Shown: positions 37,423-46,407, counted from the first letter of the stretch. The stretch: 64,000 bases of DNA from Spirochaetales bacterium (GCA_024233935.1 JACKOY010000017.1:27096-91095), one strand, 5' to 3'. A program made the numbers and translations. The notes: a model not told the origin generated them from the sequence alone.

Positions 37423-39591
37423 GCGAGTTGGCCCCACCAGGTCAGAGAAGATGCGCTCCGCCCTTTGTACCACCAACGCTTTGAACCGTTCGCGGTTCTC
37501 CTCTTCAAACCAATCATGCTTATTCGTTGAGATGTTCTTCCAACCCTCCACGGTATCGGTAGCGATATGGGATGCATTCGCCAGATCGTCATCATCACAG
37601 AGTCGGTACCACTGCAACCTTCTCTTCACCGACAAATGCCGACCCTCGAACCGGAGTTTGTCGCCGGGAGCCAGGTCCTGGTCGCTTCGGTTCAGTTCTT
37701 TCGGCCATACGCGCAGATTGCCAATGCTTCCTTGCAGAAGGTATCTCATCGTAACGTCATCCCAAAAGGCCCTGGGGATGTCTCTGATCCCACGCATGTT
37801 CACACTGGCCGATGGGACAATATGATCAAGATCGTAAGGTGTGTCCTCTCGGCGCAGTTGGAAGGCCGCCGGGTCGTAACCCCCGTACCAGCGATTGATC
37901 CAGGACCGCTGAACGTAGAGCAGAGCGTCACCGGAAGACTTGAGCATTTCGCTGAAGACACTATCGCCAACAGGGCGCAGGCCAGTAGCATACTGTTCGG
38001 TTGAGAGCACCTGAAAGCCTATGCGTTCCTCGTCGTTCGTTCTTTTCAAAACTGCATCATAGATCGCTTCAAACATGCCCTCGGTTTTTGCAGGCGCGCT
38101 ACGGGCCACCCGGAAAATGGCGCGAACCAGGCTTTCCCGTGCTCTGTGTCCCCCGCGGCCAAAAAAGAAGTGCATATAGAGCGCAAGCCGTATCAGGTCA
38201 TTCCTCACCAAGTCGGGAGAGATATCTTTCCCGTACACGCAGGCACAAGCCACGTGCCAATAATGCCAGTCGAGTCTGGCCACCAACGGAATCGGGAGGC
38301 CGGGATCATCCCCACCCTTGTCCGGCGCGTACAGAATGGCATTGCGACATTGGATAAGCGACTCGGTGAAAGGTCCTTTTCTGTGGTGCCCGGCGTATAC
38401 GGCGCGCAACTGGGCAATGACCTGGTCTATATCATGCTGGTCGCCGGTGAAGATGCGGTTGTACTGCTTGCTATTGAGCGCAACTACATCGGGGGCGCGA
38501 TCCGCCGGCTCTTCCTCTTCTTCTTGTTCTTCATCGTTGCCTATCAACGATTCCGCTGCCGACCCGCTTGTGGCAGCCATTGCCAGTCGTAGAGAAAGAT
38601 GCACGATTCGCAATGGTGTCATCAGCCGACCGAATTCCCGATTCGCAAAAACCGTCCACACCATGTCGTGGAACTCGGGCCATTTCATCTTGAGGGCGGA
38701 GTAGAATAGTTCATCGGGGCCCATCACGACACCCTGAGAATTGAGGCGATTGAAAGCAGTGTTCAAGTCACCGATATTCGACAGATTGTAAACGATATGG
38801 ATCGGAATGCGCGCCTCACGCAAAACCTGAATCGCACGCGTCAATGAGCTCAGTCGTGCCCGTAGAGCTTCGACATTCTCTACGTAGCGAGAACGAAGGC
38901 TGGGATGCAGATGTTCGATTTGCAAGGGATCAAAGGGGTCGGCTTCCGAAGCATGCGCCAGCCATTCCGCAACAGGCACCGGTAGCTTGGCCGCCAACGG
39001 AAATGACCGGAGCAACATTGATCCGGAGTCTTGCTGGAAGGCGTGCCGATTGGAGAATCCGAGTGGCTCCAGCATCTCAATCTCTTTAGGATGATCGTAG
39101 GGAATAGTTCCTCCCCACGGTCGCAGGGTTGTCGTCACATAGAACGCGAGATCGCTCTCGCCATGGTCCGCTTCCCCTATATCGACCCAAAGCCTTTCAA
39201 TCGCACCCACTCTGGTATCTCGAAATCCCAACGAGACGGCAATGCTCCTTTGCTGACCGTCGAGAATGAAGACCTCTTGGCCGGTGAGCGCTCGTGAAGA
39301 GTGCGCGCTATCCCTCACAGACGATTGCAGGGAGCGAATTCGCAGGTTGCTTTCGGCGAAGTTCTCTGCGGGGCACAACAACAAGGAACCAATCGGGAAT
39401 CCTCGAAACAACGAATCCCACAGCCGCGACAGCCTGTCCTCATCCCAGACTGCATCCCTTTGAAATGCAGGCAGCTTGAGCAGTGCGTCTTCGCCGTCGT
39501 TGATTTCGGCCGCCAACTCCTGTATCCCAATGCTGGCAAGACTCTGCCGGTCCCGAAGTATTCTGGCGAGGTCAAATTCCGAACTTGTCAT
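37393..39591 (-). CDS. GmrSD-family type IV (modification-dependent) restriction endonuclease-like protein: DUF262 (ParB-like NTPase) + DUF1524 (His-Me finger nuclease)
   Basis: N-terminal LPAFQRDAVWDEDRLSRLWDSLFRGFPIGSLLL is the DUF262 signature. C-terminal DLDHIVP...GNLRVWPKELNRS is the DUF1524/HNH-like motif. 732 aa. Confidence 0.75.
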   Translation of the reverse strand: MTSSEFDLARILRDRQSLASIGIQELAAEINDGEDALLKLPAFQRDAVWDEDRLSRLWDSLFRGFPIGSLLLCPAENFAESNLRIRSLQSSVRDSAHSSRALTGQEVFILDGQQRSIAVSLGFRDTRVGAIERLWVDIGEADHGESDLAFYVTTTLRPWGGTIPYDHPKEIEMLEPLGFSNRHAFQQDSGSMLLRSFPLAAKLPVPVAEWLAHASEADPFDPLQIEHLHPSLRSRYVENVEALRARLSSLTRAIQVLREARIPIHIVYNLSNIGDLNTAFNRLNSQGVVMGPDELFYSALKMKWPEFHDMVWTVFANREFGRLMTPLRIVHLSLRLAMAATSGSAAESLIGNDEEQEEEEEPADRAPDVVALNSKQYNRIFTGDQHDIDQVIAQLRAVYAGHHRKGPFTESLIQCRNAILYAPDKGGDDPGLPIPLVARLDWHYWHVACACVYGKDISPDLVRNDLIRLALYMHFFFGRGGHRARESLVRAIFRVARSAPAKTEGMFEAIYDAVLKRTNDEERIGFQVLSTEQYATGLRPVGDSVFSEMLKSSGDALLYVQRSWINRWYGGYDPAAFQLRREDTPYDLDHIVPSASVNMRGIRDIPRAFWDDVTMRYLLQGSIGNLRVWPKELNRSDQDLAPGDKLRFEGRHLSVKRRLQWYRLCDDDDLANASHIATDTVEGWKNISTNKHDWFEEENRERFKALVVQRAERIFSDLVGPTRLNELAGMLK

Positions 39592-39596
39592 GCGTA

Positions 39597-39628
39597 ACTC
39601 ACTTCAGCATCCCCGCCAGCTCGTTCAG
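39597..39628. repeat. Copy B of the 32-nt direct repeat (3' end of hsdM)
   Basis: See copy A. It encodes the HsdM C-terminus ...KELNELAGMLK*. Confidence 0.8.
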
Positions 39629-41077
39629 CTCCTTCTGAATCTCCGCTTCCATCTTCTGGATGTCGGCGATAATCTTCTTGGGCGGGTCGTACTCGATTTC
39701 GTCATGCACGACCTCTTTGTAGCGATTCACGGACAGGTCGTAGTTGTTCTGTCGAATCTCATCCACCGGGACGAAGAAGCTCTGGTCCGTCCGTTTGCGC
39801 TTCTTCTCCCCGTCCAGATTCTGCCAGCGTTTCAGGACGTCCGGCAGGTTGTTGTTCTCGTGCTTCGAAGTATCCAGCGGAGTGCGCTTGTCATCGAGCG
39901 AGAAGCCGTCCGCCTGCATGTCGTAGAACCAGACCTGGTCCGTCCCGCCCGAGTTGGTCTTCGTGAAGATGAGGAAGGCCGTCGAGACTCCGGCGTAAGG
40001 CTTGAAGACTCCGGAAGGCATCTTCACCACCGCCTGAAGCTGATGCTCGTCGATGAGCTTTTTGCGAATCCCCACATGCGCCCGCGACGACCCGAAGAGC
40101 ACCCCGTCTGGCACAATGCAGGCACACCGTCCGCCGACTTTCAGGAGATTCAGGAATAGTGCCAGGAACAAGAGCTCCGTTTTCTTCGTCTTTACTGTCT
40201 GGAGCAGGTCTTTGGCCACCGTGGAGTAGTCGAGCGAGCCCTTGAAGGGCGGATTGGCCAGCACTACCGAGAACTGATCCCGTACCGTTGAAGCCGCCTC
40301 CGAGAGCGCGTCTTTCGAGATGATGTTCGGGTTCTCAACACCGTGCAACAGCATGTTCATCACACCGATGCGGAGCATGGTCACATCGAACTCGATGGCG
40401 TGGAACATGTCCGAGTTGAAGTGTGCCAGCTTCTTCTTGTCGTTGAACATGCCCTCGTGGTTGTCCCGCAGATACTCGCCAAAGGCGATCAGGAAGCCGA
40501 AGGTCCCGGCCGCCGGGTCGCAGACCGTGTCCTCGGGAGTCGGGGCCAGCATATCGACCATGAGGCGGATGATGTGGCGCGGAGTGCGGAACTGACCATT
40601 CTGCCCGGCCGATGCAATCTTCGAAAGCAGGTACTCGTACAGGTCTCCCTTCGTGTCGCGCCGCTCCATCGGGATCTCCGAGAGCGCGGAGACTGTTCGC
40701 TCCAGTAGATGCGGAGTGGGAATCATGAAGGTGGCGTCTTTCATGAGGCGGGCATAGCCGCTGTCTTCGTTGCCGTGCAGGTTCTTCATGAACGGGAAGA
40801 CCTCGGTGCTCATGACTTTGTACATCTCCGCCGCCTCCATGTCCTTGAAGCGGGACCAGCGGAGATGCTGCTGCTTCTTGTTGAAGACCGGGTCTTCAAT
40901 CTGGGGCTTGCCGAGAGTATTGGCCTTCTTCTCCCGCGCGGTATGGATGTCGTCCAGGCGCTTGATGAACAGGAGATACGTAATCTGTTCGATCACGGTC
41001 AACGGGTTTGAGATTCCCCCGGTCCACATGCCTTCCCAGAGGCGGTCTATCTTACTGCGGAGTTCTCCGGTGATCAT
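39599..41077 (-). CDS. hsdM: Type I restriction-modification N6-adenine DNA methyltransferase subunit
   Basis: MITGELRSKIDRLWEGMWTGGISNPLTVIEQITYLLFIKRLDD (HsdM N-domain). AdoMet motif I: DPAAGTFGFL. Motif IV: NPPF. 492 aa. Confidence 0.9.
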   Translation of the reverse strand: MITGELRSKIDRLWEGMWTGGISNPLTVIEQITYLLFIKRLDDIHTAREKKANTLGKPQIEDPVFNKKQQHLRWSRFKDMEAAEMYKVMSTEVFPFMKNLHGNEDSGYARLMKDATFMIPTPHLLERTVSALSEIPMERRDTKGDLYEYLLSKIASAGQNGQFRTPRHIIRLMVDMLAPTPEDTVCDPAAGTFGFLIAFGEYLRDNHEGMFNDKKKLAHFNSDMFHAIEFDVTMLRIGVMNMLLHGVENPNIISKDALSEAASTVRDQFSVVLANPPFKGSLDYSTVAKDLLQTVKTKKTELLFLALFLNLLKVGGRCACIVPDGVLFGSSRAHVGIRKKLIDEHQLQAVVKMPSGVFKPYAGVSTAFLIFTKTNSGGTDQVWFYDMQADGFSLDDKRTPLDTSKHENNNLPDVLKRWQNLDGEKKRKRTDQSFFVPVDEIRQNNYDLSVNRYKEVVHDEIEYDPPKKIIADIQKMEAEIQKELNELAGMLK

Positions 41078-41233
41078 GGTTGGTTGCTGCCCTGGTTCCT
41101 GATTTCCGACGAGCTTGCAGGCTGCCCGGGCTCTGGCAACTCACCTTCGTCAAAAGACTACAATTCCGGTAGCTGCGGCCCGTTTCTTCAACCGGCGAGT
41201 ATCATTCTCTCAGCATGGGAGGCGAGTCTGGGT

Positions 41234-41264
41234 GCGGTATGTGCCACGATTTGTCACATACCGC
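41234..41264. promoter_or_regulatory. Perfect 10-bp inverted repeat GCGGTATGTG-N11-CACATACCGC upstream of hsdM; candidate operator
   Basis: Seen directly. Lies 157-187 nt upstream of the hsdM start, in the 292-nt intergenic region that must hold the island promoter. Confidence 0.3.
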
Positions 41265-41369
41265 GCCCCATTCCCAGTTCGTCGGGCGCTTCTAGGAATC
41301 CGGCCAGAGCCTTGAGCATCGCTGCATTTATAGAATTCCGGCGCAGGCTCCCGCAAACTCCAATCAGTT

Positions 41370-41858
41370 TCACGGTTCAGGCCTTCGTGAATCGCTGGCA
41401 TTCTTAGAGATGCCGCGCCGAAGAAGCGCAACTCGATCAATAGTCTGCATGTCCTGAAATCCGAAGGGCCGGTACAGGTCAGCCGCGTCCTTCGTAATCA
41501 AGATGCCGGTCAACGACCGAAGCTCCGGATGCGTGGCCACGTATTCGATCAAGCGCCGGCCGAGGCCCTGTCGCCGACGCGCCGGAATTACAAAAACGTC
41601 GGCCAGGTAGTAGACCGTCGCGAAATCCGAAACGACCCGCGCATAGCCAAGCATCGCACCGCGCCTTTCGTAGATTCCGAAGTTCAGCGAAGCCGCAATC
41701 GACTGTTCGACAACGTGTCGCTCCCGTCCCAGGGCCCAATATGCATTCTTGCTGAGATACTCGTGAACCAGGGCCACGTCCAGGCGGGCGCGATCGGTGG
41801 AGATTGTAACGTCGCTATCCATCGGGGTCCTCACCGATTTTAAGTGAAGAAGAGTCAC
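41370..41858 (-). CDS. GNAT-family N-acetyltransferase
   Basis: ...FVIPARRRQGLGRRLIEYV... is the acetyl-CoA-binding motif A (R/Q-x-x-G-x-G/A). 150-162 aa; the alternative ATG is at 41822. Confidence 0.7.
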   Translation of the reverse strand: MTLLHLKSVRTPMDSDVTISTDRARLDVALVHEYLSKNAYWALGRERHVVEQSIAASLNFGIYERRGAMLGYARVVSDFATVYYLADVFVIPARRRQGLGRRLIEYVATHPELRSLTGILITKDAADLYRPFGFQDMQTIDRVALLRRGISKNASDSRRPEP

Positions 41859-41906
41859 CCGCGGACTGCAAGTTGGAAAAACGAGAATACGCGGCGTGCT
41901 GTTCGC

Positions 41907-42305
41907 CTACGGCGCGGGCCAGACATCCAGCCGGCAATAAAACGTCCCGGTGCCGGTCCGGACGACCCAGTAGGCATGATCGATCCATTGGGGCGGAAAA
42001 GTGGTCGTGTCGAAGCGGTGGATTTCTGGATCCTCAGACGGCATGGTGTGGGACTCGGCGATCAAAAATACAGTGCCTTCACGAATTTCTACCCGTGCTA
42101 CGGCCGGCAGGTCGGCCTGCCTTTCCACAAAGAGCGTATCTACATCACGGGAGGCATGGACGACCCGCGAAGCATCGTTAACTCTGCAGATCGGTGCTCC
42201 GCCCGGCTCCCGTAGCGCAACCGAGCAGCCCAGAGCACACGCAAAAAGTGGCAGGAAAGAGGCGACATGCAGCGCGTGAACGAGAGCGCGCCTGCTCAAA
42301 ACCAA
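41907..42305 (-). CDS. Hypothetical lipoprotein (132 aa)
   Basis: Signal peptide with lipobox ...SFLPLFACALGCS. No domain recognised. Confidence 0.4.
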   Translation of the reverse strand: MVLSRRALVHALHVASFLPLFACALGCSVALREPGGAPICRVNDASRVVHASRDVDTLFVERQADLPAVARVEIREGTVFLIAESHTMPSEDPEIHRFDTTTFPPQWIDHAYWVVRTGTGTFYCRLDVWPAP

Positions 42306-43543
42306 CTCCGCTTCTTTGGGGGGTCAAGTTGTTCGAGACGCTCGCGTAGGTACTCCAGTTCGTCCTCTTCTCGAATGGCCCGGGCAAGGCGCAGCAAGGG
42401 AAAACCTTTGTTTGTAAGAATGGCCGCCCGCACCTCTTCCTCTTCGTCGCGGGCGAGTCTCAAAAGAGTCGCATCTTCGCAGCTCTCGAGGTCCTCGCGA
42501 CGCGCAAGGGCTGCGCGTACGCTGTCGTCTGTGTCAGAAGCGAGGAGCTCCAGAACCGACGGGGGGCAGTGCGGATTGCGCGCGAGCCCGGCGCGTACGT
42601 CATAGTCTTCGTCTTTTGCCAGTTGCAGAGCGAGTTCCGGCGTTAGCCTTTTCCAGCGCGCCACGGCCTGGCGCACCTCGTCGTCTTCGTGCGCACAAAG
42701 TCTCCGGAGCAGTTCCGGCCCTGGCTTGCGGGTAACCAGCGCGATGGCCCGGGCCCGGTCCGAATCGGCCAGCAGCCAGTCGAGGCTGGTTTTTTCCGGC
42801 AGGTCGGCGATCAAATAAAACTCGCGCACGATCGGTCGCGGATGCAAATGAAACCACAGGTCGTCCGGCAGGTAGTTCTGCACCTGACAATAAGGACATT
42901 TGACGAGGCGTGAGCTTCCATCGACTTCCAGAGCTCCGCCGCATTTCATACATTGCAGTACCACCGGCGTGCCGGCGGGGCCGGCCTGGACCGGTTCAAC
43001 TTCGCTGCCGGAATCTTCCGAGCGCGGTCCTTCTCCAACAATCGCCAGGGCGCCGGGACAAATCGTTTGAACCAGCTCGTCCGCAGGGCGGATCGCCAGC
43101 GGCTGCTTGCATTTTTCACAACGCAGCTCCTTTTCGGGATCGAGATTGTGCAGCGCTTCTTTGCTCAGCTCCTGACCGCAATTTGTGCAGCCGGGAGGAA
43201 CGCGACGATGCTGAATGCGAATGCCGAGACTCAAAAAGCGAATCTGACCGCCGACACGTTCGCGTCGAATCAGTGCTACCGGAAGCGTATCTTCGTCGAA
43301 GACCTGTTTCCACCAGCGCAGATCGAGATTGTTTTTGCGCCCGCAGGCGCTGCAGACAATAGAAGCTGTAAAGGCGTTGATCGGCAGCGAAGCCTGGCAA
43401 TGCCGGCACTGAGCGGCCAGACGAATTCCGAAACTCACGCGAAAGGTTCCGGCGATCTTGCCGGGGATGCTGCGATCAAGCTCATCGCGCGTACTCACCT
43501 CAAAGTCGCGAAATCCTTCCAGGTCCGTGATTTCGTTCAGCAT
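42296..43543 (-). CDS. Hypothetical protein with multiple CxxC zinc-ribbon pairs and C-terminal HEAT/LRV-like helical repeats
   Basis: At least five CxxC pairs (CRHC, CSAC, CTNC, CEKC, CMKC, CPYC). Repeated ...DEEVRAAL.../...DDSVRAALAR... units in the last 130 aa. Confidence 0.5.
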   Translation of the reverse strand: MLNEITDLEGFRDFEVSTRDELDRSIPGKIAGTFRVSFGIRLAAQCRHCQASLPINAFTASIVCSACGRKNNLDLRWWKQVFDEDTLPVALIRRERVGGQIRFLSLGIRIQHRRVPPGCTNCGQELSKEALHNLDPEKELRCEKCKQPLAIRPADELVQTICPGALAIVGEGPRSEDSGSEVEPVQAGPAGTPVVLQCMKCGGALEVDGSSRLVKCPYCQVQNYLPDDLWFHLHPRPIVREFYLIADLPEKTSLDWLLADSDRARAIALVTRKPGPELLRRLCAHEDDEVRQAVARWKRLTPELALQLAKDEDYDVRAGLARNPHCPPSVLELLASDTDDSVRAALARREDLESCEDATLLRLARDEEEEVRAAILTNKGFPLLRLARAIREEDELEYLRERLEQLDPPKKRSWF

Positions 43544-43636
43544 CAGCCAGAGGTCCCGACCGCTTCGTCGGTCTTTGATCGAAGCGCCACAGTAGCGGAG
43601 AAAATGTTCATCGACGTTTTCCGAATCGTACCGGGC

Positions 43637-44731
43637 TCACATGGAGTCGAGGATTGCCCGGCGTTTGCTTTCGTACTCTTCGCCCGTGATCAGTCCGTCG
43701 TCGTGCAATTGCTTGAGTTCCTGCAGTTTCGCGTGGGCGCCTTTCGGCGGGGACGATGGCGTTGCCCCCAGGTTCCCGCCCAGCATCTGCCCCAGACCGA
43801 TGCCGGCCCCAATGCCAACCCCGGCGCCGGCCACCCCACCTTCGTTGCGTGCGGCCTCGCGCAGGGCTTCGAGCTTTTGCATTTCGGTGTAATTGATGCC
43901 GGCCGCTTCCGCTGCCTGCACCTCGGCCTGCACGTCGGCAATGCGGTTGATGCGCTGCATGGTCTCGTTGTCAAAGCCGGTGCCCTCGACCCGAAAGTCA
44001 GTGATGGCAAAGCCCAGCGCCCCGAACAAGGGCTGTAATTTCAAAATCAGCGCTTCGGAGATTTCTTCGCGGTTGGCGTCGATGTCGGCGTATGAGAATT
44101 TCGACTCGGCCAGGTAATCGGCGAGAGGCTGGCCGATGCGGGCGGCGGTGATTTCTCGGATGTCGTTTACGTCATAGATTTCTTTTCCGCCGACCACGCT
44201 GCGAAAAAATAAGGCCGGGTCGGTGATGCGAAAGGCGTAGTTGCCGTGAGATTTCAGGCCGACCGGGAACCGATACACCGGATCCACGTACTTGATCACG
44301 GTCGCCGTGCCCCAGCGGCAGTTTAAGATCTCGGCCGTGCGAAAGAAGTACAGTCCAACTTTGTGCTCGCTTTCGAACATCTGCAGCACGCGTGTGATCG
44401 TTGTCCAGAAGGGAATGTTTGCAGTCTTGAGTTCGTGCAGGCCTTCCTGGGTATGCACGGCCTCCACCCGACCCTGGTACACGAACAGGCAACCCTGGCC
44501 CGGCCCCACGATCAGTTTCGATGCGTTTTTGATTTCGTCGCCGTTTTCGGTCCAGCGATAGAACAGGTGCTCGGGTTGTGGGTCGTTCCACTGAATGACC
44601 GACCGCAACTGCGAGCGCGTGTCGAGCTTCTGGTCGAGCCCGTCGACCGTTTCGTTCAGCGTGCGTCCCAGCCGCTTTTTGATGCCGGCTTTGATTCGGT
44701 CGGCCGTACTCTGCTCTTCGTCGTCAGCCAT
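43637..44731 (-). CDS. SPFH/Band-7-like domain protein with C-terminal SHOCT domain
   Basis: The C-terminal ...LQELKQLHDDGLITGEEYESKRRAILDSM is a SHOCT motif. The body resembles the SPFH-like proteins often auto-annotated as virion core protein-like, and carries a Gly-rich linker. Confidence 0.6.
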   Translation of the reverse strand: MADDEEQSTADRIKAGIKKRLGRTLNETVDGLDQKLDTRSQLRSVIQWNDPQPEHLFYRWTENGDEIKNASKLIVGPGQGCLFVYQGRVEAVHTQEGLHELKTANIPFWTTITRVLQMFESEHKVGLYFFRTAEILNCRWGTATVIKYVDPVYRFPVGLKSHGNYAFRITDPALFFRSVVGGKEIYDVNDIREITAARIGQPLADYLAESKFSYADIDANREEISEALILKLQPLFGALGFAITDFRVEGTGFDNETMQRINRIADVQAEVQAAEAAGINYTEMQKLEALREAARNEGGVAGAGVGIGAGIGLGQMLGGNLGATPSSPPKGAHAKLQELKQLHDDGLITGEEYESKRRAILDSM

Positions 44732-44923
44732 GTCTGCGTTCCGCGCACATCTGGATACTGGCCAGTGTGCAGTTTACCGTGGCATCGCAGTGTGCTTTGT
44801 CCAGCGAAACGCGTGCGTATCCAGACGGAAAGTGGGCGGGTGTTTCGGTATTGACGGAAGCAGGTGTACGGGCAGAGTCTGGACCCCATGCAGAGGCGAG
44901 GCTCATCTGCAATATTTCGTGCC

Positions 44924-45871
44924 ATGACGGAATGGCCCGTGCTGCTGGCCCTGGGGCTATGGGCCGTCAACGATCACGCCTTAAAAGGGCGGGCCTTGAG
45001 TTTGCTGACCGGCAAGCTGAGCGATGTCGCCGGCCTGTTTGTTTTTCCCGTTTTTCTCGCCTGCGTTTTGCGTTTGTGTTTTTCACGAACCCTCAAACGT
45101 GTTTCGGATACGTCACTGGTGTTATTTGGGGCCGCTACGACGGGGCTGGTCTTCTTCGGCATCAACTTCGATCAGGTTGCGAACGAAGCCTTTTATCGAG
45201 CTTTTTCGATCGGACCGCTGCACCTGGCCGGCACGGCCGATCCCACGGATCTTCTGTGCCTGCCGGTGATTCTGCTTTCCGTATATATTGTGCAGAGAAA
45301 AACGCGGCGATCACGAACAGCGAAAAAACCGGGAGAAACGCGAGTCATGCTCTGGTCTGAACGTGAATCGAATTTCCGCGCCAGCCCCGGTCGACACGGG
45401 CCGTCGCGTGTCCTTTTGGCTTTTGTTCTCTGCCTGGTGTTCTTAACAACGGTGGCAACCTCTGTGGTGCTGCTGCCCCGGGAGGCTGCGTTGCAGGTGG
45501 CCTGGCCGGAGGACGGCCAGAAGTTCCAGACCGGCGAACCAATCCGACTGATCTGGTATGAAGAGCAACCGTTCGCGGAGTACCTGCTTACAATCGAAGG
45601 CAACACGGGAAGGCAGGAAATTGCCTTCGGGCGCGACGCAATTCAGTTTTACGAAGATGAGCGACTCGAGGCCACGCGGCTCCACTTTACACCCGCCGTC
45701 GATCTGGATCCGGGCGTGTATCACTGGCGTCTGCGCGGCCACGGCCTGACGGTACCGTGCGTCGGCCCGGAAGAAGAGGAGGCCTTGCTGTACCGTAGTG
45801 AGGTACGTTGGCTGTGCAGCACGATCATCGCGGAACGTACGCTGGTTGTTCTGCCCCGGGCGACCGAATGA
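44924..45871 (+). CDS. Hypothetical membrane protein (N-terminal 4-5 TM + extracytoplasmic domain)
   Basis: Start at ATG 44924 (MTEWPVLLALGLWAV...). Its stop overlaps the start of the next gene (ATGATG/TGA). Confidence 0.45.
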   Translation: MTEWPVLLALGLWAVNDHALKGRALSLLTGKLSDVAGLFVFPVFLACVLRLCFSRTLKRVSDTSLVLFGAATTGLVFFGINFDQVANEAFYRAFSIGPLHLAGTADPTDLLCLPVILLSVYIVQRKTRRSRTAKKPGETRVMLWSERESNFRASPGRHGPSRVLLAFVLCLVFLTTVATSVVLLPREAALQVAWPEDGQKFQTGEPIRLIWYEEQPFAEYLLTIEGNTGRQEIAFGRDAIQFYEDERLEATRLHFTPAVDLDPGVYHWRLRGHGLTVPCVGPEEEEALLYRSEVRWLCSTIIAERTLVVLPRATE

Positions 45872-46407
45872 TGCGGAAATTACTTGCCGTGCTCGTTTCA
45901 GCGACCCTGGTCGGATGTGCGAGCGCGCATGGCCGCGATCGATTAAACGACTTTGCCGACATAGCGGCGGCGAGCGTAGACCGTGGTTTCGGCATCGAAG
46001 CTTCGGTGGGCCCTGCCAGCGCAGGCGCGGGCGCTTTCACCAACTCAGCAATCGCAGCCAGAGCGGGCGCTTCGGTGCAGGACGGTTTCGATTCCAGTGC
46101 TACGTTTCTGCTTGGATTCGGTTGCGGGCCGGCTTTGTTGCATATCGAACGTTTTGCACCCGAGGGAACAATCTTTCCGGACGAAGAAACCGCGACGCTA
46201 TTCTTGCGCAATAAGTTCGCCTGTTCCGAGCGCGGGTTTCAAGCATATCAGTACGGGCGGATACGATTGCGCGCGGCTCTGATCCTCGGATTCAGCATCG
46301 AACTGAACTGGCTTGAGGCCATCGACTTTTTCGCCGGTTGGCTTCAGTTCGACCCGCTGGCCGACGATCGTTACGTGATCTACGAGCGACTTGCGCGGGA
46401 GCAATGA
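45868..46407 (+). CDS. Hypothetical lipoprotein (179 aa)
   Basis: MMRKLLAVLVSATLVGCASA signal peptide with lipobox. Coupled to the upstream gene. Confidence 0.5.
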   Translation: MMRKLLAVLVSATLVGCASAHGRDRLNDFADIAAASVDRGFGIEASVGPASAGAGAFTNSAIAARAGASVQDGFDSSATFLLGFGCGPALLHIERFAPEGTIFPDEETATLFLRNKFACSERGFQAYQYGRIRLRAALILGFSIELNWLEAIDFFAGWLQFDPLADDRYVIYERLAREQ

